IMG/VR virus record: IMGVR_UViG_3300046707_000048
Coordinates: 1-38,447 of that record
Length of the DNA stretch: 38,447 nucleotides
From: a virus
Taxonomy: Duplodnaviria > Caudoviricetes
Strand: one strand, 5' to 3'
A model generated the notes under the pieces. The model did not search any database. It saw only the letters and a list, made by a program, of their open reading frames with translations, and had not been told where the DNA came from. The position numbers and the translations under genes were made by a program. Positions 7,670 to 16,994 of the stretch are shown here, in pieces (position 1 is the first letter of the stretch; each line of letters opens with the position of its first letter).

Positions 7670-9118
7670 ATGCCAAAGTGGCCGGGCTTCGTCGGCGGGG
7701 CGGGCACCGCGTCCACGCTCGTCGGTGCCGGCGAAGACACCGTCAACCTCTACGTCGAGCGCCTGCCGAAAGACGCCACGAACGAGGCGGCGCTGCTGCC
7801 GACACCCGGTTTTCGCTACTGGGGCATGGCGACGACCGACGTCGGCACGCGGGCGATGGTGAGTATCGCCAACAACCGCCTGTTCGCCGTCATCGGCGCC
7901 GGCCTGTGGGAGTTCGACGTCAACGGCAACGCGACGCGGCGCGGCACCGTCTCGCTCGACGCCAACCCGGCGCAACTCGCCTACAACGGCGTCGTTGGTG
8001 GGCAAATGGCGATTGCGTCGGGCGGCAATATCTTCAGCTACGACCTGACGACCAACGTGCTGAGCGGGCCGTATCTCGCCGGCGGCTACACGCACGTCGC
8101 CTATGCCTCCGGCTTCGGGCTCGCGTTCAACAGCAGCACCGGCAAGGTGAACCTGTCGAACCTGAACAACCTCACCGTCTGGAACGCCGCGCAATTCTTC
8201 CAGCGGTCCCTCTTTGCCGATCCGTGGCGCGCGATGTTTGTCGATCAGAACAACCTGGTCTGGCTCGTCGGCACCGACAGCTTCGAGGTCTGGTACAACA
8301 CCGGCCAGGGCACCCAGCCCTGGGCGCCGCTCTCGGGGCTCGTCGGCGTGATCGGGATCGTCGGGCCGTTTGCCTACGCGGTGGCGCAAGTGGGCAACGT
8401 CTGGCTGTCGCGCAACCAGGCGGGCCAGGGGCTGCTGGTGCAGACGCGCGGCGGGGCGCCGGAGTCCGTGTCGTCCCGGGCGATGGCGACCGCCGTCGCC
8501 GGGTACTCGCGCAACGGCGGACTCGCCGATACCGAGATCCTCCATCACCAGACCGACGCGCACCTCTTCACGAACCTCACGTTTCCGCGTGGCGGGACGT
8601 GGTGCTACGACCAGACCGAGCAGTCGTGGACGCGCCGCGGCCATTGGAATCCGCAGACGGGCCGCTACGACCCGTGGGCACCGCGCTGCCACGTCATGGC
8701 CTACGGCAAACACCTGACGGGCGACCGCACGACGGGGATGATCGCCGAAATGGACCCGTCCTTCGCCACCGAGCTCGACGGCACCGGGATCCGCCGCCTG
8801 CGCCGCACGCCGGCGCTCGTCAGTGAGAAGCGCCGCACGTCGATCGATCAGATCGAACTGCTGATGGACGTCGGGCTCGCCGATCAGACGGGCCAGGGCG
8901 CGGCACCCACCGTCATGCTGCGGATCAGCGACGACGCCGGCCTGACGTGGGGCAACGAATTGCGCGCGTCCACCGGCGCGGCGGGCGCGTGGCGTACGCG
9001 CGTCTACTGGACGCGGCTCGGGCTCATCAATCACGCCGTCGCCGAGTTCACCTTTTCCGATCCCGTGCCCTTTCGCGTCGTGGACGCCTATGTCAACAAC
9101 CTTGAAAGTGCGGCGTAA
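7670..9118 (+). CDS. Tail hub/nozzle (P22 gp10-like packaged-DNA stabilisation protein)
   Basis: TVNLYVE, LLPTPG, EVWYNTG, VMLRISDDAGLTWGNE, RTRVYWTRLG, FSDPV. Confidence 0.85.
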   Translation: MPKWPGFVGGAGTASTLVGAGEDTVNLYVERLPKDATNEAALLPTPGFRYWGMATTDVGTRAMVSIANNRLFAVIGAGLWEFDVNGNATRRGTVSLDANPAQLAYNGVVGGQMAIASGGNIFSYDLTTNVLSGPYLAGGYTHVAYASGFGLAFNSSTGKVNLSNLNNLTVWNAAQFFQRSLFADPWRAMFVDQNNLVWLVGTDSFEVWYNTGQGTQPWAPLSGLVGVIGIVGPFAYAVAQVGNVWLSRNQAGQGLLVQTRGGAPESVSSRAMATAVAGYSRNGGLADTEILHHQTDAHLFTNLTFPRGGTWCYDQTEQSWTRRGHWNPQTGRYDPWAPRCHVMAYGKHLTGDRTTGMIAEMDPSFATELDGTGIRRLRRTPALVSEKRRTSIDQIELLMDVGLADQTGQGAAPTVMLRISDDAGLTWGNELRASTGAAGAWRTRVYWTRLGLINHAVAEFTFSDPVPFRVVDAYVNNLESAA

Positions 9119-9591
9119 TGGCGGGGCGGGCGCTGGCGCCGATCCCGGCGAGCACGCCGATTGCCGATCCGAAGGACGGCACGATCACGACGTTCATGCG
9201 TCTGCGCTGGCAGCAGCTCGTGGACGGCTGGGGCCAGAGCGCGACCGCGAACACCGTCAGCGCGATCAACCAGAGCGCGGCGCTCGCGGCGACGGTGATC
9301 CTGACGCCGCTGCAGTCGGGCCTCTATCGCGTGACGTGGTACCTGCGGCGGATGGTGGCGGATCCCGGCGGCTCGAGCGCCCTGCTGACACTCACCTGGC
9401 TGGATCTCGACGCGCGCCCGCTCACCTATCCCGGCTTGGCGTGGCCGTCCGACGCGGCCGATGCGTGGGTGTCGGAGACGAAGCTCCTGCGGTGTCTGGC
9501 GGCGTCGGATCTGAGGGTGGCGGTGGCCTATACCAGCGCGGCGGGCCTGATGCGGTATGACCTGCAGATCGTCGTGGAGCAAGTCGGATGA
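9118..9591 (+). CDS. Hypothetical tail-associated protein
   Basis: Coupled to nozzle gene; beta-rich C-term (GLYRVTWYL). Confidence 0.65.
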   Translation: MAGRALAPIPASTPIADPKDGTITTFMRLRWQQLVDGWGQSATANTVSAINQSAALAATVILTPLQSGLYRVTWYLRRMVADPGGSSALLTLTWLDLDARPLTYPGLAWPSDAADAWVSETKLLRCLAASDLRVAVAYTSAAGLMRYDLQIVVEQVG

Positions 9592-10085
9592 GTGAGGGGC
9601 CGGGCGCGATCGTCGTCAGCGGCGGCGGCGTCGTGGTGCGCTACGCGACCCCAGCGGATCTGCCGGCCGTCGTCGCGCAGGCGGGGCGCTACACGGCGAA
9701 TGTCGTCAGCGGGACGATCAGCCAGAGCGCCTTCGAGCTCGAGCCGTTCGTGACGACGCAAGTGACGGGGGACAACCTCGATAGCCGGCTGCTGGTGGCG
9801 GTGCTCGCGCGGGTGATTGTCGGCGTGCTGAGCGTGGCGGCCGAGACGCACCCGGTAACGGGCGTGCGGCTGGCGACGGACCTGTTCTGGTGGGTCGAGA
9901 TCCCGCAGACGATTCACGCGCAGACGGGCGTGCGGCTGATGGATGCCTTCGAGGACTGGGCGGCGCGCCGCGGTGCCGACACGCTGGTGGTGACGGCGTT
10001 CGAGCCGGTGGCGACGGCGCTGGTGGCGGGCGTCGGGTTCACGCCGGCGGGCGCGTGGGTGCGGGCGCGGAAAGGGAGTCTCTAA
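9588..10085 (+). CDS. GNAT-fold acetyltransferase-like protein
   Basis: VRYATPADLPAVV, LFWWV, GVRLMDAFEDWAARRGA, GF; typical position before ejection genes. Confidence 0.75.
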   Translation: MSEGPGAIVVSGGGVVVRYATPADLPAVVAQAGRYTANVVSGTISQSAFELEPFVTTQVTGDNLDSRLLVAVLARVIVGVLSVAAETHPVTGVRLATDLFWWVEIPQTIHAQTGVRLMDAFEDWAARRGADTLVVTAFEPVATALVAGVGFTPAGAWVRARKGSL

Positions 10086-11345
10086 ATGGCGACGAGCACG
10101 ACGCGGTGGGGAAACGCACCGCTGACGGCGGAAGGGCTCGCCAATCTGGGCCATCCCCTGAGCCTGAGCGACTTCAATCAGGACGCGGGCGGCTACTGGC
10201 GCATGATTCGCGGCGAGAAAACGTACTACCCGCGCGAGTGGTTCGATCAGGCCGGGACGTTCACGGGGACGGGCACGCAACCGGGCGACCGCGCCGGGCA
10301 GGACAGCGGGTTCTTCAAGCAGGGCATGAAGTGGAACTGGCAGACGGGCCAGTGGGAGAACCCGACGAATTGGGCGAATGTGATCGGCGTGGCCGCGGCG
10401 GGCGGCGTCGGTGCCGGGATCGCGGCCCCGGCGATTGGCGCCGCTCTGGGCGGCGGCGGCGCGACGACTGCGGGTGGCGGCGTCGGGATCTCGGGGGTAG
10501 GCGGCGGCGTCCCGACGTTAGCGATCGATGCCGGGGCGACGACCGCCGGCACAGGAGGCGGTGTGGCGTCCTCTCTCATCGGCGGATCTACGATCGGGGA
10601 TCTGATCAAGGGCGGCACGTCGATCTACGGCACGATCAGGCAGGCCGGCTCGGCGAAGGACGCGACGGAGGCCCAGGCCGCGGCGACAAAATACGCCGCC
10701 GATCTGCAGGCGAAAGCCAACGCCGATCAACTCGCGTACCTGAAGCAACAGGCCGGTTATGACGCGACGGTGGCGGAAGCCAACCGCGCCGGCAACTACG
10801 AGCAATGGGCCGCGAAACAGGAACTGCTCGGCCCCGTCGGTCAGGCGCTCGGGCTGCCGGCGCGACGCATTCCGGCCTACGTGCCGCTGCCGACGAATGT
10901 CTACGGCACCGGCGCGCCAGCCCCGACGGGAACCGGCACGCCGCCGCCGTCTGGCGGTACGGCGCCGCCACCCACGTCCACAGGCGCGCTCGGCGTGAGC
11001 GCGGCGAACGGCGATATTGCCTCGCAAGTCGCGGCCTATTACAAAGCCCGCGGCGTGACGCCCAACCCGACGTCGGTGGGCTACTGGGCGTCGAAGTGGA
11101 ACGAGTTTGGCGCGAAGGATCCCGAGTACTTCAACCGGCGGTTGTCGCAGGCCGACGAGTTTGGCGGCGGTGGGGTGGCGGCGCCAGCCGCCGCGGCGCC
11201 ACGGGTGCAGCCGTTGAGCACCGACCCGCTCGGCTCGGTCGCGGGCTATCTCGTCGATCCCGCAGACACCTCCTATGGACGGCTGGCGCCGCTGCCCGTG
11301 ATGCGGCCCTACTACGCCGGCCCCGTGGCCGGGTATCTCGCGTAA
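10086..11345 (+). CDS. Internal virion/ejection protein
   Basis: G/A-rich hydrophobic segment followed by helical AQAAATKYAADLQ; position. Confidence 0.65.
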   Translation: MATSTTRWGNAPLTAEGLANLGHPLSLSDFNQDAGGYWRMIRGEKTYYPREWFDQAGTFTGTGTQPGDRAGQDSGFFKQGMKWNWQTGQWENPTNWANVIGVAAAGGVGAGIAAPAIGAALGGGGATTAGGGVGISGVGGGVPTLAIDAGATTAGTGGGVASSLIGGSTIGDLIKGGTSIYGTIRQAGSAKDATEAQAAATKYAADLQAKANADQLAYLKQQAGYDATVAEANRAGNYEQWAAKQELLGPVGQALGLPARRIPAYVPLPTNVYGTGAPAPTGTGTPPPSGGTAPPPTSTGALGVSAANGDIASQVAAYYKARGVTPNPTSVGYWASKWNEFGAKDPEYFNRRLSQADEFGGGGVAAPAAAAPRVQPLSTDPLGSVAGYLVDPADTSYGRLAPLPVMRPYYAGPVAGYLA

Positions 11346-11358
11346 GGAGATCACGCCG

Positions 11359-12612
11359 ATGGCGCGCTACGCTTATATCGACGCCGACGGGAACCCGCGG
11401 GACAGCCGCGGCAACATCGTAGACCTGGGCACGCCGACGAGCCCGGCCCAGCCGGCCCCGGCGCCCGACCCCGCGCCGCCCGATTGGCAGATCGCCACGG
11501 GCGCGGGCGCGGCGGACCCCGGCACCTTCCTGCCGGACTGGCGTGCGGGCCAGCCGGATCAGGCGGGCGCGACGGACGAAACCGGCACGCCCTACGAGCC
11601 CGTCGCGGCGGCGCCCGATCCGACGCCCACCCCGACGCCGGCCCCCACGCCATCGCCGGGGCCGACGAACCCCTACACGCAGCCGGGCGCCGATAACCCG
11701 TTCGCCCCGTGGAGCGGCACGTTCACGCCGCCGCAGGCCGCGCCGCTGCCGACGGCGCCCGCCTTCACGCCGCCCGTGTATACGCCGCCGCCCGCGTTCA
11801 ATTGGGACGAAGCCTCGCACCCGGCACCGGTCTACACGCCGCCGCCCGCGTTCAGCTATGGCGACTTCAACGCGCCCACGTTCACGGCGCCGCCGGCGTT
11901 CAGCTACGGCGACTTCAGCTATGGCGACTTCAAGGCGCCGTCCTACGACCAAGCGACGAGCGATCCCGGCTATCAGTTCCGGTTGCAGCAGGGGACCGAC
12001 GCGCTGCAGAACGCGGCGAGTGCGCGCGGCACGCTCAACGACAGCGGCACGCTCAAGGCGCTCCTCAACTACGGCCAGGATGCGGCGTCGCAGGAATACA
12101 GCAACGTCTGGCAGCGCGACTACAACGCCTATAACACCAACCGGGCCGGCGCCGTCGATCAGTACAACCTGAATCGCAACAACGCCGCCGACGTCTACAA
12201 CAAGAACTATCAGACGCAGTACGTCGATCCGTACAAGAACAACTATCAGGCGGCGCTCGACCAGTACACGCAGAACCGCGGCAACGCGGTCGCGTCCTAC
12301 AACACCAACTACCAGACGCAGTATCAGGATCCCTACAACGTCGCGAAGGATCAGTGGACGACGGGCCGCGCCAACGCGCTCGATCAATACAAGGTGAACT
12401 ATCAGACGCAGTACACCGATCCGTACCGCAACAGCTACCAGGCGGCGCAGGACGCCTACGCGCCGCAGCTCGCCAACTGGCAGACGCAGGCGCAGGACAT
12501 TCAGCATCGCAACGACCTGGCGAACACCAACGCCTACAACGACTACCTGCTCGGCTGGCAGGACTACGAGGCGCGGCGCAATTCGGCGGTGAACTTCGCG
12601 CTCGGGAGCTGA
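11359..12612 (+). CDS. DNA transfer/ejection protein with Y/N/Q-rich repeats
   Basis: DPGYQFRLQQG..ALQNAASARG.L.SG.LKALLNYGQ..ASQEY motif typical of podophage DNA-transfer proteins. Confidence 0.75.
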   Translation: MARYAYIDADGNPRDSRGNIVDLGTPTSPAQPAPAPDPAPPDWQIATGAGAADPGTFLPDWRAGQPDQAGATDETGTPYEPVAAAPDPTPTPTPAPTPSPGPTNPYTQPGADNPFAPWSGTFTPPQAAPLPTAPAFTPPVYTPPPAFNWDEASHPAPVYTPPPAFSYGDFNAPTFTAPPAFSYGDFSYGDFKAPSYDQATSDPGYQFRLQQGTDALQNAASARGTLNDSGTLKALLNYGQDAASQEYSNVWQRDYNAYNTNRAGAVDQYNLNRNNAADVYNKNYQTQYVDPYKNNYQAALDQYTQNRGNAVASYNTNYQTQYQDPYNVAKDQWTTGRANALDQYKVNYQTQYTDPYRNSYQAAQDAYAPQLANWQTQAQDIQHRNDLANTNAYNDYLLGWQDYEARRNSAVNFALGS

Positions 12613-12616
12613 GGCC

Positions 12617-14443
12617 ATGCCCGTCTTCCAATACGACCAGTATCGCAACCCCTACGGGCCGTCGATTGCGGAAGCGCTCGGCCACCAGGGCGACGTGCAG
12701 GCGAATCTGGCGCTGCAGCAGGGCGCGATTGCGGCGCAGGCGGCGCGCGACCGCGGGCAGATGTGGGGCAATATCCTCGACACGGTCGGCAACACGGCGG
12801 TGGCGATCCCGCAGCATCAGCTCGCGGCGCGGCGGCAGGCGCTGCTCGACCAGCAGGCGCAGCAGCAGATTGCGCTCGGCGGCTACCAACTCGACGCGGC
12901 GCAGCGCGATCAGCAATCGCGGGCCGCGTTTGACGAGGTCGTCAAGGATCCGGCGAATTACAACGCCGACGGTTCCCCGAACCACGCGCGCATTCTCGAG
13001 GGGTTGCGGCAGCGCAGTCCCGCGGCGGCGATGGCGTTCGAGAAGCAACTCACCGATGCCGCGAAGGCCGGGCTCGATCTGACCAAAACAGCGGCCGAGA
13101 TCGCGGCGAGCCAGGCGACGACCCGCGAGAAGACCGACAAGGTGGCGGAGAACGAGCGCGGCGCGCTCGGCGACGTGGCGCTGACCGGGGTCAGCCGCCT
13201 GCAGGTCACGCCCGACCAGCCGCTGCAGGTTCGCGATCTGGCGAATCGGCTCGTCAATCGGCTGGTGGCGGACAAGACCATCTCGCCGGAGCGCGCGAAT
13301 CAGTTTTATCTGCAGATGGCGAAAGCCGGGCCGGACGAAATCGGATCGGTGCTGCAGAGTGTCGTGCCGGCGCAGAAGCTGCTCGAGTTCGAGAAGACGA
13401 TGGCGGAGCTCAATAAGCCGCTCGTGGTGGGGAAGGGCTCGACGGTGATGACGCCGCCGGGGCGGCCGGGGGGCGGGACGGTGCTGTTTACGGCGCCGGA
13501 GGAGCCGCCGAAAGCGGGCACGCAGGAGGACTGGGTGGCGCGGGCGCGGCGCCAGGCCGTGGCATCGAATGGTGGCGTGCCGCTGACCGACGCGCAACTC
13601 CAAACGGTGGATACGGCGGCGCTGCAGAGCTACAAGGAGAGCAATGTCGATCCCCAGATGCGCGATGCGGCACTCGCGCAGCGGAACATCGCCCAGGCGC
13701 TGGCGCAACTGCAACTGAATCAGACGCCAACGGCGGAGCAGGCGGCGTCGGTGGCTGACGATCTAGTGAATCACCGGCTGGCGCCGGAGCAGCTCGCGTC
13801 GCTCTTCAGCACGCGCGGGCGGGAAGGGCTCGCGTTCAAGCTCGCGGTGTCATCGGAAGCCAAGAAGCTCGATCCCGGCTTCAACTGGGAAGAGTCCGCC
13901 GCGAATTACCAACTGGTGAAGTCGCCCAACTTCCAGACGACGGTGCGCTACATGGACAGCGTGCAGGAGTCGATCCCCCGGTTGTTGAATAACGCGAGCA
14001 GATTGGGCCGCGGGCCGATTACGAGCCTGAACCAGTTGGCGAACATGGCCGCGTCGCAATTCAGCGATACGGACCTGAAGCGGCTCAAGACGGACGCCGT
14101 GCTCGTCGGCGACGAGGTGGCGAAGCTGCTCGCGGGCGGCGGCTCGGGGAGTGCGACGAGCGACGCGAAGCTCAAACAGGGGATGGATCTGATCAATGCC
14201 GCCGATAGTGTGCCCGCGATGGCGGCGGGGCTCGATGAAATCAACAACCTGATCGGGTTCCGGCGCAAGGCACTGACGCGCGGCACGTATCTCGAAGGGA
14301 CGAGCGCGGGGCAGCAGACGCGCAGCGCGCCGCCGGCCGTCGTCGCGGCGCCGGCGCTGCCCGCGAAGGGCGAGAAACGCACCTTCAATGGCGAGACGCG
14401 GATGTGGGATGGCGGGACGTGGCAGCCACTGAAGGCGCAATAG
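12617..14443 (+). CDS. Internal virion/ejection protein
   Basis: 608 aa, helical, A/Q-rich; C-terminal KRTFNGETRMWDGGTW; position. Confidence 0.65.
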   Translation: MPVFQYDQYRNPYGPSIAEALGHQGDVQANLALQQGAIAAQAARDRGQMWGNILDTVGNTAVAIPQHQLAARRQALLDQQAQQQIALGGYQLDAAQRDQQSRAAFDEVVKDPANYNADGSPNHARILEGLRQRSPAAAMAFEKQLTDAAKAGLDLTKTAAEIAASQATTREKTDKVAENERGALGDVALTGVSRLQVTPDQPLQVRDLANRLVNRLVADKTISPERANQFYLQMAKAGPDEIGSVLQSVVPAQKLLEFEKTMAELNKPLVVGKGSTVMTPPGRPGGGTVLFTAPEEPPKAGTQEDWVARARRQAVASNGGVPLTDAQLQTVDTAALQSYKESNVDPQMRDAALAQRNIAQALAQLQLNQTPTAEQAASVADDLVNHRLAPEQLASLFSTRGREGLAFKLAVSSEAKKLDPGFNWEESAANYQLVKSPNFQTTVRYMDSVQESIPRLLNNASRLGRGPITSLNQLANMAASQFSDTDLKRLKTDAVLVGDEVAKLLAGGGSGSATSDAKLKQGMDLINAADSVPAMAAGLDEINNLIGFRRKALTRGTYLEGTSAGQQTRSAPPAVVAAPALPAKGEKRTFNGETRMWDGGTWQPLKAQ

Positions 14444-16933
14444 ATGCCGATCGTTACTGATCCGAAGGATCCGAACTGGGGGCGCGACGTGCCGGCGGCG
14501 GCGAGCGCGCCAGCGGCCACGGTGACCGATCCCACGGATCCGAACTGGGGCTTGCCCGTCTCCACAGAGAGCGGCCAGCCGCACTTCGCCGGCGGGAACG
14601 AGTTCGATCCGCAGGGGAACCCCGTCGTGTCCGGCGTGGCGTCGGCGTGGCACGTTGCGAATACGCCGCTCGTGCCGCAGATCGGCACCGCCGCGCACGC
14701 CGTCGCCGATGTCGTGGATCGGCCGATGATGGGCGACCAGCAACTGAATGACTGGATCCCCGGCTTAGGCACCGCGTCCGCGATGGTGCGTGGTGGCGGC
14801 GCGGGCATGGTGCAGGGCGCAGGCGACCTCGCGGCCTCGTTCACGTCGCCGCTTGGGATCGCGCTCTGGCTGGCGGGGCAAGGGGAGACGTCCGCGCTCG
14901 CCAAGTATCTGCCGGCGATCAAGCCGTATCTCACCACGCCGTCGGTGCGGGCGCTGCAGCGCGCGGTGGAGGGCGTCGCGGGCACCGGCATGGCTGGCGA
15001 AGGGGCGCATACGATCCTCACGGCGCAGAATCTCGGCGATGTCGGGCGGGGGCTCACGCAGATGGCGGCGGGGACGGCCGGCCTGGTGTCCGCGGTCAGA
15101 CCGACGCCGACGGCCACGGTGGCGCGGCCCCGTCTGACGCCGCAGGAGCAGGCGGCGAATGCGTTTGCGGCGGCGGAAGGCGTGCCGCTCGATGCGGCCA
15201 CGGCGACGGGCTCGAAGTTTCTGCGCGCGGCGCAGAAGCGCGTCGCCAACTCGATGGGCGGGGAAGGCACGGCGTCGGACTTAATCGCGCAGCAACAGGC
15301 CGGCTTGACGGCGGCAGGGCGGCGGATCGCGGGCGAGGTCAACCCGGCACTGGGCGGGCAGCCAGGGCCGTCCGTCTCGCCCGAGCAGGCGGGCCGGGCG
15401 GTGCCCGAGTCGCTGCTGAACATCGTCACTGAGCGGAATCAGGCCGCCACGCAGGCGTACGGCGCGCTCGGGGCGCTCGAACAGGATCCGCGATATGCGG
15501 CCGAAGTGCCCGCGCCGCGACAGTCCCAGCAAGCCGCGGAGGCCGTCGCGCAGCGGATGCGCTCGTCGCTCGGCTACGCGCCGAATCCGGCCGAGCTCAA
15601 CGAGCTCCGGCGTATGGCCGAGGAAATGGGCGCCATGCCCTACACGGCGCGGACGTGGAACGACATCACACACGAGGTCGGGAAGCGCGGCAATGCCGGC
15701 GGGGGCGACTTCGAGATCGTCGCCGGGGCGGGCGGCGCGCCGGTCTATGACGACATCCTGAAGTCGCTGCGGAGTGCGGACTACGTGCCGACACGCAACC
15801 ACGTCGAACGGATGATCCGCGAGACGCTCGACACGGGGCAGTTCAACGAAGTGAGCCGGGCCGCGGCGGACGTGGCACAGCGGCGCCTCGCGAACGACCC
15901 GGCCGTCAGCCGGCCGATTCTGCCGCCGAGCGCCGGCGCGGTGCCGGAGGCGCCGCCGGTGACGATGGGCATGCCGGTCGCGCTGAAGCCGTTGCAGGAC
16001 GCGCTGGCGCCGGCGCATGCGCGGCTGATGGCCGAGGCCCAGGTGGCACCGCTCATGGGCAGCAAGGCGGAGGCGGCGCGCATTCTCTCGCGGATCATGG
16101 CGTCGCCCGAGTTCGTGCCGGTGTCCGTGGCCGATGCGGTGCTGGGCGAGCTCAAGGGCGTCTCACGGGCCGACGTGCCGGCGCTGCGGACGGAAGGGCA
16201 AGCGATCGCCGCGCAGGCCGTCAAGGCGCTTTCGACGCAGGTCGATGAAATCGTGACGCAAGTGCCGGGCGCGTCCGACCTGTTACGTCGCGGACGCGCG
16301 GCCACGGTCGAGAAGTACACGGCGGCGGATGTCCTCAAGGATCTGCCGGACAAGCCGGTGCAGACGTTCGATCGGCTGACGGCGCCGCGCGACCAGGAGA
16401 TCGAACTGCTGCGCGCCGTGGCCCAGCAGGCGCCGGAGGTGGTGCCGCAGCTCGGGCGCGCGAAGCTCGAGCAGTGGCTGGACCTTGCCACCGAGCGGCA
16501 GCGGTTCGATCACGCCGATCGGTTGTATGCCGAGTGGCAGAAGCTCGGCGACCAAACGAAGTCGCTGCTGTTTGGCACGCCGGAACGGGTGAAAGCCCTG
16601 GATGAGTTCTTCCTGCTGGCGAAGCGGATTAGTGAGAACCCGAATCCGTCGGGGACGGCGCATGTCAATAACGTCTTTAACGTGGTGTCGCAGATCGGCA
16701 CGTTTCCGCTCGCAAAGCTGCTCTATACCGAGTGGGGCGTCAGGCAGCTGAACAAGGTACTCAGCCTCGATCCGGCGATTGCCAGTCACACGGTGAGTGG
16801 TGCTGCGCGCGAAGCGGCGTGGGCACGTCTGAGTGTGGCGGCGCAGCAGGCCGGCGTGAAGGTGCCACTCCAGTTCCCGCGCGCGGCGTCGGCGAATCCA
16901 GACGATCAAGCAACCACGCGCCCTGCACCATGA
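14444..16933 (+). CDS. Large ejection protein (P22 gp16-position)
   Basis: 829 aa; N-terminal TDPxDPNWG twice; GVPLDAATATG and NPNPSGTA motifs typical of large ejection proteins. Confidence 0.7.
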   Translation: MPIVTDPKDPNWGRDVPAAASAPAATVTDPTDPNWGLPVSTESGQPHFAGGNEFDPQGNPVVSGVASAWHVANTPLVPQIGTAAHAVADVVDRPMMGDQQLNDWIPGLGTASAMVRGGGAGMVQGAGDLAASFTSPLGIALWLAGQGETSALAKYLPAIKPYLTTPSVRALQRAVEGVAGTGMAGEGAHTILTAQNLGDVGRGLTQMAAGTAGLVSAVRPTPTATVARPRLTPQEQAANAFAAAEGVPLDAATATGSKFLRAAQKRVANSMGGEGTASDLIAQQQAGLTAAGRRIAGEVNPALGGQPGPSVSPEQAGRAVPESLLNIVTERNQAATQAYGALGALEQDPRYAAEVPAPRQSQQAAEAVAQRMRSSLGYAPNPAELNELRRMAEEMGAMPYTARTWNDITHEVGKRGNAGGGDFEIVAGAGGAPVYDDILKSLRSADYVPTRNHVERMIRETLDTGQFNEVSRAAADVAQRRLANDPAVSRPILPPSAGAVPEAPPVTMGMPVALKPLQDALAPAHARLMAEAQVAPLMGSKAEAARILSRIMASPEFVPVSVADAVLGELKGVSRADVPALRTEGQAIAAQAVKALSTQVDEIVTQVPGASDLLRRGRAATVEKYTAADVLKDLPDKPVQTFDRLTAPRDQEIELLRAVAQQAPEVVPQLGRAKLEQWLDLATERQRFDHADRLYAEWQKLGDQTKSLLFGTPERVKALDEFFLLAKRISENPNPSGTAHVNNVFNVVSQIGTFPLAKLLYTEWGVRQLNKVLSLDPAIASHTVSGAAREAAWARLSVAAQQAGVKVPLQFPRAASANPDDQATTRPAP

Positions 16934-16994
16934 GTCCCACGAACACGACGAGGTACGCGATGGTGAGACGGTTCTCGAGGCGGGCGTCAGACAT
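16761..16994 (-). CDS. Small antisense membrane protein (moron-like)
   Basis: LTIAYLVVFVGLMVQGAWLL TM helix; preceded by TGaTAACCT and AGGTAGG; overlaps ends of two plus-strand genes. Confidence 0.5.
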   Translation of the reverse strand: MSDARLENRLTIAYLVVFVGLMVQGAWLLDRLDSPTPRAGTGVAPSRRPAAPPHSDVPTPLRAQHHSPCDWQSPDRG

